Virus genome (UHGV): UHGV-0051534 | DNA length: 37,595 nt | From: a virus | Strand: one strand, 5' to 3' | The notes under the pieces: generated by a model | What the model was told of the DNA's origin: nothing | The model's input: only the letters and a program-made list of their open reading frames with translations | Databases searched by the model: none | Shown: in pieces, positions 25,772-33,047 of the stretch | Position numbering within the stretch: the stretch's first letter is position 1 | Layout of the letters: each line of letters begins with the position of its first letter | Position numbers and translations under genes: made by a program

Positions 25772-27570
25772 GTTACTTTGGCCTTAATCCAGTAAACCAG
25801 AATCAGCAGCTTGACGAAGCAGCATCAAATCCAGCTGGCTTTAACAGCGATGTTGGTTTTTTCGACAATGCTGTAGGAGCGGCATTGTCTGGTTTGTACT
25901 CCGGGCTGGTGGCAAAGCCAGATCAGTTGCTATGGGCAGGGATGGATAAAATCGTATCCCCGATTGCTCAGTTTGTTAACGAAAACACCTCGCTCAATGA
26001 CACTTCAGTTTCATACATTGCTGAGCAGAGAAAACTAGCAGAGCAGCAGGTTAAGCGGCTGACGCCTGATGCCGCGACAACCGGAACCGCCGGGCAGGTT
26101 CTTTATGGGTTGTTCGATATGGGCGGGCAGGCTGTTGTCGGTACAACGCTCGGTGGTCCTGTCGGAGGTGCAGCGGCGGTAACTTCGCTACAGGGTTTTT
26201 CTGAGTTTGAACGGCTGACAGCACAGGGTGTTGATTTCAGGACGGCGCAGGAAGCGGGATTAGTGCAGGGCATTACTGCTGGTGCCGGAACACTGATCCC
26301 TATGAGCCTCGGGTTACGTGCTGGTGGTGCGCTGGCGGAAGGTGTGGCGGCTCAGCTTGCGCGGACGGGTGAGAGTTCAGTGCGACGCGCCGCAGCAACA
26401 GCAGTACGTGCAACGCCAGATATTGCCTATGCCGCAGGTACAAATATTGCGTTCGGTATGGCACAGCGTGGGCTTACTGCAAAAACGCTTCGTGATGGTG
26501 GCTATAGCGAAATGGCTAACCAGTATGATGTGTTGGATCGACAGGCAATTGCTATTGATGCTGTTCTTGGGGTGGCGTTTGGTGGTGTCGGCAGATTTAT
26601 TAACTCTCGCGGCGAGTCTACAAGCGCACCAAATTTTTCACCAGTTGATGTCGATGCTGCACTGGCGGCGAATGCCGCTCATCATGCTGAAATTGATATT
26701 GCTCCCGGCGTGCCGATCAACGTGCTTTCGCGCAATTCTCACATTCAGGCTCTGCGAAAAGCTATGTCTGATGTTAGCCAGGGGAGACCTGTAGACGTTG
26801 CCAGCATTGTTGAGTCTGCATCTTTCAGTGAAATTCCTGGGCGCAAGAATCTGCTGTCTCAGGCAGTTAATGAGGCTCTGTCATCTGTAGATGATGGAGT
26901 AACGGCGCGCGCTATCGAAAATCGGTTGCTTGAAGAACAGGCTGCGCAGCTTTTGCCGCGTGGCGATAGACAGGTTTACCAGTCTGAAATCGCTAATAGC
27001 CAACGAATTATCGACAATCTCACTGAACAGCGTGCACAAATTCTTGCAGAAGAGCCAACCGGTAGCGGTAAAGCTTTGTCTCGTGCTCGATCAGATAAAC
27101 AGGCCAGACTTCGCGATATTGATCAACGAATCCGGCAGGCACAAGAACGCCTGGAATTTTCCCGTAACGCGTTGGCGCCGCACGAGCCTGGAGGTCAGTT
27201 TTTTGAAGCTCGAGCAGAACTGGCACGGCGACAGCAGGCAGAAAGTGAACTTAATGCTCAGGCTGTTTCATTCTATAAAACAGCAGAGGTCAGGACGCCA
27301 GACGAAGTAGCTCCTTTTGAGCCCGGTAAGATATTGCAACAGACAGAACAAAAAATGATGGCAGATCCGGCAGGAGATATTGATCTGCGTATAGCTGAAG
27401 ACTCGCTGCTTGAATCTCCGGACATGATAATCACCGTGCTGGATGATGATGGTAATCCACAATCGCGCAGTGCGCGTGAAGTACTGGATGAAGCGAACAG
27501 GGAAAGTGAGCAGGCAATACAGGATTCCAGCCTGTTTGATGTTGCTGTGGCGTGTTTCTTGAGAGGTTAA
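25768..27570 (+). CDS. internal virion / ejection protein
   Basis: 600 aa; Gly/Ala-rich N-terminus and coiled-coil C-terminus; coupled to neighbours. Confidence 0.5.
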   Translation: MSYFGLNPVNQNQQLDEAASNPAGFNSDVGFFDNAVGAALSGLYSGLVAKPDQLLWAGMDKIVSPIAQFVNENTSLNDTSVSYIAEQRKLAEQQVKRLTPDAATTGTAGQVLYGLFDMGGQAVVGTTLGGPVGGAAAVTSLQGFSEFERLTAQGVDFRTAQEAGLVQGITAGAGTLIPMSLGLRAGGALAEGVAAQLARTGESSVRRAAATAVRATPDIAYAAGTNIAFGMAQRGLTAKTLRDGGYSEMANQYDVLDRQAIAIDAVLGVAFGGVGRFINSRGESTSAPNFSPVDVDAALAANAAHHAEIDIAPGVPINVLSRNSHIQALRKAMSDVSQGRPVDVASIVESASFSEIPGRKNLLSQAVNEALSSVDDGVTARAIENRLLEEQAAQLLPRGDRQVYQSEIANSQRIIDNLTEQRAQILAEEPTGSGKALSRARSDKQARLRDIDQRIRQAQERLEFSRNALAPHEPGGQFFEARAELARRQQAESELNAQAVSFYKTAEVRTPDEVAPFEPGKILQQTEQKMMADPAGDIDLRIAEDSLLESPDMIITVLDDDGNPQSRSAREVLDEANRESEQAIQDSSLFDVAVACFLRG

Positions 27571-27575
27571 ATTAA

Positions 27576-30050
27576 ATGAGACAGGAATGTATACAAGCGG
27601 TCCAGCAGGCGGCGCAGCGCACGTTAACGGCGCGAGAAATACAGAACATTGAAGACCGCATTTATCGAAATATGCGCTCCATTGCTCGTGATGACCCGAT
27701 GTCGTGGCGACAACTTTCCGAATCAGAACGGTTGTATCGTGCAGCACAATTGGCATCTGAAGAATTACAGCGAGAAGCGGCATTAAAGAAACGTCGTGTG
27801 GCCCTCACTATAGCCGCACGTCAGAGATTGGATAAATTTATCAATAGCTATCAAGGGGCTGATGGGAAACTTGGCGCTCTTAACCGTACTATTGCTTTTA
27901 ATGCAGACGGTAAATCGAATTTCCTCTCTGTTGAATCCAGAACAAAAGCCACTCGTGATTATGCATTGAGTCAATTGCAGGAGGCATTTGAAGCAGTTGA
28001 TCCTCGCTTTTTTGGCCTGTTTGAAGATGAAGCGGGCGTGCGTGACCTGGTATATGAAATGCGAGGGCAAAATACTGGCAATGCTAAAGCAAGAAAAGGT
28101 GCTAAGGCGTGGAGAGAAGTGACAGATCTACTGCGCCGCCGGTTTAATGATGCTGGTGGGGACATTGGCTATCTCGAAAACTGGGGGATCCCTCAACATC
28201 ATTCTATGGAAAAGGTTGGGGCGGTATCAAAAGATAAATGGGTTAGCGATGTTATAGGTAAGCTGGATCGCAAATATTATACCCGAGCCGATGGACAACT
28301 GATGAACGATGCCGAGTTGTCTGCATTTCTTGGAGAGGCTTATAACACGATCGCTACTGGTGGGCTGAATAAGCTTACTGATACCGGAATGCGAATTTCC
28401 GGCGTACGTGCTAACCGTGGTAATGCATCACGACAGATACATTTCAAAGATGCAGATTCCTATCTGCAATATCAGCAACTTTATGGCGATCGCTCTCTAT
28501 GGGAAATCATGGTCGGTCACCTGGAAGGTATCAGTAAAGATATTGCGCTGGTGGAAACATATGGCCCAAACCCCGATCATGTTTTCCGCTCTCTTCTTGA
28601 TCAGGTTAAGGCAGAAACGGCAACAGCTAACCCGAGTAAAACCGGTAGCGTCGAGCGTCTGGCGAACAAAACAGAGAACTTGTACAACTTTATTTCCGGA
28701 AAAACACAGCCTGTAGCGAATCCGCACATCGCGCGATGGTCTGACAATATCCGCAACTGGCTGGTTGCCAGCAGACTCGGATCCGCGTTGCTGTCATCGT
28801 TCTCTGATCTTGGAACCATGTATCTGTCTGCGAAGGTTACCAACCTTCCAATGAACCAGCTATTTCGCAACCAGCTTGAAGCTATGGACCCAACGAACCG
28901 TACTGAGCTTGCGCGGGCGCGCCGCGCTGGCCTGGCGATGGAATCTCTACTTGGCAGCGTTAACCGCTGGGCGATGGATAATATGGGGCCGTCTGTGTCT
29001 CGTTGGGCGGCAACGGCGGTAATGCGTGCCAGTGGGCTTACAGCATGGTCAGATGCGCACAAGCGCGCCTATGGCGTAACCATGATGGGAAGCCTGGGAG
29101 AAGTAGTGTCACGGACACCAGACCTTCGTAGCCTCGATGACTCTGATTTTCGTATCCTGAAAAGTAAAGGGATTACTGACACAGACTGGAGCGTATGGAA
29201 GCTGGCGCAACAGGAGGACTGGGGGAACGGTAATAATACGATGCTGACACCGGAAAGCATTATGCGTATCCCTGATTCAGCAGTTAAACATCTTGGTGAG
29301 CCTGAACGCGTGAAATTTGAGGCAATGCGTAAACTGCTCGGTGCCGTAACTGAAGAAGTTGATATGGCTGTTATTACACCGGGAGCACGTGAGCAACTGA
29401 TAACCGGTTCTGGTATTCAGCGTGGAACATGGAAAGGTGAATTAACGAGAAGTGTTTTCCTGTTTAAATCGTTCCCTATCTCGGTTGTTATGCGTCACTG
29501 GTCACGCGCTATGGGTATGCCGTCTGCTGGTGGGCGTGCGGCATATATTGCGACGTTTATTGCCAGTACGACCATTCTTGGCGCTTTGTCGCAGCAACTT
29601 AACGACCTTGCGTCTGGTCGTAATCCTCGAGAGATGACAGGAGAAGATGCCGCAAAATTCTGGCTTGGTGCTCTACTGAAAGGTGGTGGTCTTGGCCTTT
29701 ACGGTGACTTTTTATTGTCAGATCACACTAGGTACGGAAGCGGCGCGCTGGCGTCGATGCTTGGCCCGGTAGCTGGTCTGGTTGATGACGTAGTGAAGAT
29801 TGCTCAGGGCATACCGTTAAATGCTGTGGAAGGGAAGAGTGAGCAGACTGGTGGTGATCTGGTGAAGCTGGGGAAAGGTTTGATGCCTGGTGCGAATCTC
29901 TGGTACTTGAAGGCGGCTCTCGATCACATGATCTTTAACCAGATGCAGGAGTATTTTTCACCAGGCTATTTGCGTAAAATGGAGCAACGTTCGAAGAAAG
30001 AGTTTAACCAGACATACTGGTGGCGACCTCAGGATGTCACTCCGCAATAA
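27576..30050 (+). CDS. large internal virion / ejection protein (gp16-like)
   Basis: 824 aa; last large gene of the ejection-protein block. Confidence 0.5.
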   Translation: MRQECIQAVQQAAQRTLTAREIQNIEDRIYRNMRSIARDDPMSWRQLSESERLYRAAQLASEELQREAALKKRRVALTIAARQRLDKFINSYQGADGKLGALNRTIAFNADGKSNFLSVESRTKATRDYALSQLQEAFEAVDPRFFGLFEDEAGVRDLVYEMRGQNTGNAKARKGAKAWREVTDLLRRRFNDAGGDIGYLENWGIPQHHSMEKVGAVSKDKWVSDVIGKLDRKYYTRADGQLMNDAELSAFLGEAYNTIATGGLNKLTDTGMRISGVRANRGNASRQIHFKDADSYLQYQQLYGDRSLWEIMVGHLEGISKDIALVETYGPNPDHVFRSLLDQVKAETATANPSKTGSVERLANKTENLYNFISGKTQPVANPHIARWSDNIRNWLVASRLGSALLSSFSDLGTMYLSAKVTNLPMNQLFRNQLEAMDPTNRTELARARRAGLAMESLLGSVNRWAMDNMGPSVSRWAATAVMRASGLTAWSDAHKRAYGVTMMGSLGEVVSRTPDLRSLDDSDFRILKSKGITDTDWSVWKLAQQEDWGNGNNTMLTPESIMRIPDSAVKHLGEPERVKFEAMRKLLGAVTEEVDMAVITPGAREQLITGSGIQRGTWKGELTRSVFLFKSFPISVVMRHWSRAMGMPSAGGRAAYIATFIASTTILGALSQQLNDLASGRNPREMTGEDAAKFWLGALLKGGGLGLYGDFLLSDHTRYGSGALASMLGPVAGLVDDVVKIAQGIPLNAVEGKSEQTGGDLVKLGKGLMPGANLWYLKAALDHMIFNQMQEYFSPGYLRKMEQRSKKEFNQTYWWRPQDVTPQ

Positions 30051-30059
30051 GGAAGTGTT

Positions 30060-30233
30060 GTGTTTTTAATTATTTTGAGTGTGATAATTTCTGGTGGATT
30101 GTTATTTATTGACCGCTACAAATATTTTCTTAACCCTCAGACTCAAGCTATTTGCTGGTTCATCTTTGTTGTGCAGGGAGTAGTTCTTGTTGCAAGCCTT
30201 ATTGAGGGGAGGCCTCTTATTTTTACTGGGTAA
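30060..30233 (+). CDS. small hydrophobic protein (58 aa, putative membrane protein)
   Basis: GTG 30060 with AGGAAG RBS 5 nt upstream; translates VFLIILSVIISGGLLFIDRYKYFLNPQTQAICWFIFVVQGVVLVASLIEGRPLIFTG (two hydrophobic segments); AT-rich; below track threshold. Confidence 0.3.
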   Translation: MFLIILSVIISGGLLFIDRYKYFLNPQTQAICWFIFVVQGVVLVASLIEGRPLIFTG

Positions 30234-30245
30234 ATAGGTGACTAC

Positions 30246-30542
30246 ATGCAAGCTATAGGATTCATTGTTTATATCGTCGTTGGTCTTTTTCAGTTGGCAG
30301 CAATTATGGCTGGGCTTGAATCATGGTGGGGATTGCACTGGATAATTGCAGCCCCCATTGCTTTCATCGTGAGCTATATTCCATTTGTTGGAGCGATTGT
30401 TGGTATGGTTGGCGCTGTGGATGTATGGCGGTGGGAGTGGTGGCAGGCTGGCCTTCTCTTCTTTGGTGGGATCATCTTTGCTATTGTCTGCGGTGGAATG
30501 TCATCATTTTTCGAATGGCTATCATTCAGAAAAAGAGCGTGA
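30246..30542 (+). CDS. small integral membrane protein (98 aa)
   Basis: AGGTGA RBS; three to four hydrophobic segments, Trp-rich; stop codon lies inside palindrome copy 2. Confidence 0.5.
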   Translation: MQAIGFIVYIVVGLFQLAAIMAGLESWWGLHWIIAAPIAFIVSYIPFVGAIVGMVGAVDVWRWEWWQAGLLFFGGIIFAIVCGGMSSFFEWLSFRKRA

Positions 30543-30550
30543 CATGTCAC
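30539..30550. repeat. perfect 12-bp palindrome GTGACATGTCAC, copy 2
   Basis: Identical to 10309-10320; overlaps an upstream TGA stop in the same register and is directly followed by a terminator. Confidence 0.8.
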
Positions 30551-30576
30551 AGGCCGCTTTCGCGGCCTTGTTTTTA
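30551..30576 (+). terminator. rho-independent terminator
   Basis: Hairpin AGGCCGC-TTTC-GCGGCCT followed by TGTTTTT. Confidence 0.6.
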
Positions 30577-30735
30577 ACGAATGCCACCGCCGCCCGGGCG
30601 GGAATCCGCAGAACGCCCACCGCAGCGGGAGCCGTCAGCAGCAGTATCGCTGTCGTGCTGACAGCGACCGGCAAAGGCCTGAGTTGAAGCTACCAGAGAC
30701 AACAAAACGAACAGTGCAGCAAATGCTTTTTTCAT
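30574..30735 (-). CDS. small secreted peptide (53 aa) with Sec-type signal peptide
   Basis: ATG 30735; MKKAFAALFVLLSLVASTQA-FAG has n-region, hydrophobic core and AxA-like cleavage site; mature part about 32 aa with two Cys; plausible promoter TTGACG -17- TATAGA upstream. Confidence 0.4.
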   Translation of the reverse strand: MKKAFAALFVLLSLVASTQAFAGRCQHDSDTAADGSRCGGRSADSRPGGGGIR

Positions 30736-30805
30736 TGTGAAATTTCCATCTATAAGCCACCTCAATGTGGCGTCAATGAGTGTAGCACTGACTTTTGTTT
30801 CGTCC

Positions 30806-30829
30806 ACAAAAAAGCCCGCGCTGCGGGCT
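30806..30829 (-). terminator. rho-independent terminator after moron 2
   Basis: Minus-strand hairpin AGCCCGC-AGC-GCGGGCT followed by TTTTTT. Confidence 0.6.
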
Positions 30830-31353
30830 TACCAAAACTTGTACCACGGGGATTTATCCTTCAATGGACAATCCTTCCATCGTGTGGCCAACCATTCATA
30901 TTCTTTAAAATATGTGTTTATGTTTTCTTTTTCTCTAATAGCTTGTATAAGAGGTAGCGCAATCTGATAGTTATTTACAACGGAGCTGTAAAATACTTCC
31001 TTAATCATGGTCTCATCATAAGTTTTCCGCTTCACGCTCACAGCCATGCGTTCGTAGAAACCTAGACAGTAAATTATTTCTCTCTTCTCTATCTTTTCTT
31101 CATCCGTAAGATCAGCCTGCCCATTGCTTGGATACATATAAGAGCGGAATGATTTGTTCGACTCGTGAATGCGGCGCATAGTAGATAGGCCTTTCTTATA
31201 ATCTACATCAAACCTGCTTTCACCAAGGAATACTGAAGTGTGTACTTTTCTCGCTGTATTTACATTATAAATAATAGTAGCGATAGCTATGAACAAGCCA
31301 AGCGAAACCGCGACTGCACTTACGATTTGAGCCACAGCCATGGCAAATTGCAT
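30829..31353 (-). CDS. moron 2: N-terminally membrane-anchored protein of unknown function
   Basis: 174 aa from ATG 31353 (GTG 31368 possible); N-terminal TM helix AMAVAQIVSAVAVSLGLFIAIATIIY then soluble domain; about 37% GC; opposite strand to structural genes. Confidence 0.5.
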   Translation of the reverse strand: MQFAMAVAQIVSAVAVSLGLFIAIATIIYNVNTARKVHTSVFLGESRFDVDYKKGLSTMRRIHESNKSFRSYMYPSNGQADLTDEEKIEKREIIYCLGFYERMAVSVKRKTYDETMIKEVFYSSVVNNYQIALPLIQAIREKENINTYFKEYEWLATRWKDCPLKDKSPWYKFW

Positions 31354-31385
31354 TTCTTCACTTAACACAAACTGTCTCCAGACAT

Positions 31386-31409
31386 GAAAACGGGGCCTGA
31401 TGGCCCCGT
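31386..31409 (-). terminator. candidate terminator/attenuator upstream of moron 2
   Basis: Minus-strand hairpin ACGGGGCC-ATCA-GGCCCCGT followed by TTTT. Confidence 0.4.
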
Positions 31410-31497
31410 CATTAAACTATCCGAATGTTAAACGCCTTCGTACTCGTCAAATTTTCTCATGTGGGCTCCTCCTGTATCGGTGCCTAATCGCTATGGA

Positions 31498-31512
31498 TCA
31501 CCCGTAAGGTAA
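31498..31512. promoter_or_regulatory. operator-like inverted repeat TCACC-CGTAA-GGTAA
   Basis: 5-5-5 motif between the antirepressor and moron 2. Confidence 0.35.
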
Positions 31513-31583
31513 TAGTACTCTATTCACCCCCCGGTCTGCAATCGTACAGGATTATTTAAAGGCACATCCCTGTGCCGCCGCCG

Positions 31584-32279
31584 TCAGAAGAACCCTGCCT
31601 TGTCGTTGATGTACTCCGCGTGCGTCTGGATATCACGCAGGCATTTGCTCACACCAACGATGTAACAGAACATGGTGGTCAGCTCCGCCGCCGCGCCCGA
31701 TACATCGTGCCCGTCTTCCTGCAACTGGTTTAGCAGATTCATCAGCAGTGAGTTCTCCGTCAGGCCGAGAACACCTGACGGCGAATGAATCAGACTGCGG
31801 TAGCCGGGCTTCAGTGGGGCGCTGTAGGTTTTGTTCTCTATCTTCATTGCTTGCATTACTGCTGACGCCGTGGCGTTGGCTACCTGGTCGGCAACCATCT
31901 TTATGCGTTCTTCCTGCGGGAGCGAGTTTTTAATGTAACTTCCGGTGCGGCGGATCTGAGGAAGAACCTCACCTGTAACCCATTTACGAAAGCGGTAGGG
32001 GATAGTGCCTGGTGTCACCGCATCGCGGCAGCGGAGGATCAGTGTGTAGAGGCCTGACTCGGAGATGATGATCGATTCTTGCTCACCGCCAGGGGTGTCG
32101 GTTGAAGCGACGCCCTTCTCATCATCATCAAGTTTTCGAACAGCATCTCGATGGTTTGCTATGCCTATAGCCCGACAAACATCTGAAGCGATAAACCATG
32201 GCTCACCATTAATGACGATTACTCGTATATCGGCTTGGGATTCGAAAGAAAAAATGGACGTGCTTTTTGTAGCTGTCAT
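31584..32279 (-). CDS. ant: antirepressor, Bro-N domain family
   Basis: 231 aa; N-terminal FSFESQADIRVIVINGEPWFIASDVCRAIGIANHRDAVRKL is a Bro-N/Ant-like motif; C-terminal domain is paralogous to the upstream small protein. Confidence 0.75.
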   Translation of the reverse strand: MTATKSTSIFSFESQADIRVIVINGEPWFIASDVCRAIGIANHRDAVRKLDDDEKGVASTDTPGGEQESIIISESGLYTLILRCRDAVTPGTIPYRFRKWVTGEVLPQIRRTGSYIKNSLPQEERIKMVADQVANATASAVMQAMKIENKTYSAPLKPGYRSLIHSPSGVLGLTENSLLMNLLNQLQEDGHDVSGAAAELTTMFCYIVGVSKCLRDIQTHAEYINDKAGFF

Positions 32280-32435
32280 AGTGGTTACCTTTTAGTCTGG
32301 TTAATCACCACTACCGACGCCAATCGGTTGGTGGTGAACTGTGCAGGGTTGGCGTAACCGGCTAAAAGGACCCGGCGCACCTTTCGGTGCCCCCACACAG
32401 CCCACCATAATACGAATGTGGCCGTGCTATACGCA

Positions 32436-32456
32436 TAAAAAAACCGCTTGCGCGGT
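32436..32456 (-). terminator. intrinsic terminator/attenuator in the antirepressor leader
   Basis: Minus-strand hairpin ACCGC-GCAA-GCGGT followed by TTTTTTT. Confidence 0.45.
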
Positions 32457-32548
32457 GAATGCGCCTTTTAGTAATCCGGGACGCCAATCCCGGCACTGGA
32501 TTTTGCCAGTGCCTGATTACTATGGCACAAGAGGAGTGCGATGTAAAT

Positions 32549-32563
32549 TTACCGCAAAGGTAA
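32549..32563. promoter_or_regulatory. operator-like inverted repeat TTACC-GCAAA-GGTAA
   Basis: Exact motif in the 316-bp leader upstream of the antirepressor. Confidence 0.4.
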
Positions 32564-32594
32564 ATATAAGCACTCCGCTTGGTAATTGCAAACC

Positions 32595-32852
32595 TTATCT
32601 GGTTTGCTTTCGTAATTGTTCGGCACAATAGTCGAGATGTGTTTGCAGATCCTGCATAGACATCTGTGAGCTGGTGACGTAGTTAATCAGTGCAGTCAGT
32701 TCGGCAAGTGGGCCATCGACATTAAATCCATCCTTATCGAGATCCCGGAGTAATTTCATCAAGTGCGATCCCTCCACCAGTGATCTGACGCCTCCCGGCG
32801 TGTGAATCCTTTCGGTAAATCCGTCTTCCAGTGGATAGTGATACTGCTGCAT
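32595..32852 (-). CDS. small protein paralogous to the antirepressor C-terminal domain; candidate SOS-induced antirepressor
   Basis: 85 aa from ATG 32852 with GGAG RBS; YPLEDGFTERIHTPGGVRSLVEGSHLMKLLRDLDKDGFNVDGPLAELT aligns by eye with Ant APLKPGYRSLIHSPSGVLGLTENSLLMNLLNQLQEDGHDVSGAAAELT; LexA box just upstream. Confidence 0.55.
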   Translation of the reverse strand: MQQYHYPLEDGFTERIHTPGGVRSLVEGSHLMKLLRDLDKDGFNVDGPLAELTALINYVTSSQMSMQDLQTHLDYCAEQLRKQTR

Positions 32853-32871
32853 CTTATCTTCTCCATGCAAT

Positions 32872-32891
32872 AACTGTATATTTATACAGTA
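32872..32891 (-). promoter_or_regulatory. LexA (SOS) box
   Basis: AACTGTATATTTATACAGTA matches the consensus TACTGTATATATATACAGTA (CTGT-N8-ACAG at 32874-32889); about 20 nt upstream of the small-protein ATG. Confidence 0.7.
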
Positions 32892-32928
32892 TCAAATAAT
32901 TTGTTTGCTATCCAGCACGTTTTGCAAA

Positions 32929-32943
32929 TTACCCGAAAGGTAA
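32929..32943. promoter_or_regulatory. operator-like inverted repeat TTACC-CGAAA-GGTAA
   Basis: Exact motif about 40 bp upstream of the LexA box and about 100 bp upstream of the tailspike start. Confidence 0.4.
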
Positions 32944-33047
32944 TATCTATTGGTATTTATAGTCTTTCTATCCATATGTGGTTTTTCAGGTAATAGAATA
33001 ACCAGATATGCGGCGCAACGGGTGCTGCGACTATCTGGAGATTTAAC

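Noticed and set aside
26318-26794. 158-aa alternative-frame ORF within the ejection-protein gene
   Set aside because: Same-strand frame embedded in a long coupled ORF; Leu/Arg-rich with no start signals.
30385-30687. 100-aa plus-strand ORF overlapping the secreted-peptide gene
   Set aside because: Its in-frame ATG lies inside the palindrome/terminator hairpin and has no RBS; the minus-strand frame has a canonical signal peptide and promoter, so I preferred it, though this is unconfirmed.
32341-32631. Overlapping ORFs on both strands (96 and 88 aa) in the antirepressor leader
   Set aside because: Neither has an RBS, both translate to Arg/Cys/Gly-rich sequence and the region is full of hairpins; interpreted as structured non-coding leader.
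32756-32866. 36-codon overlapping upstream ORF (MEKIRCSS...) in an alternative frame at the start of the SOS-controlled small gene
   Set aside because: Out of frame with the conserved Ant-C-like domain and with poorer RBS spacing; likely incidental.
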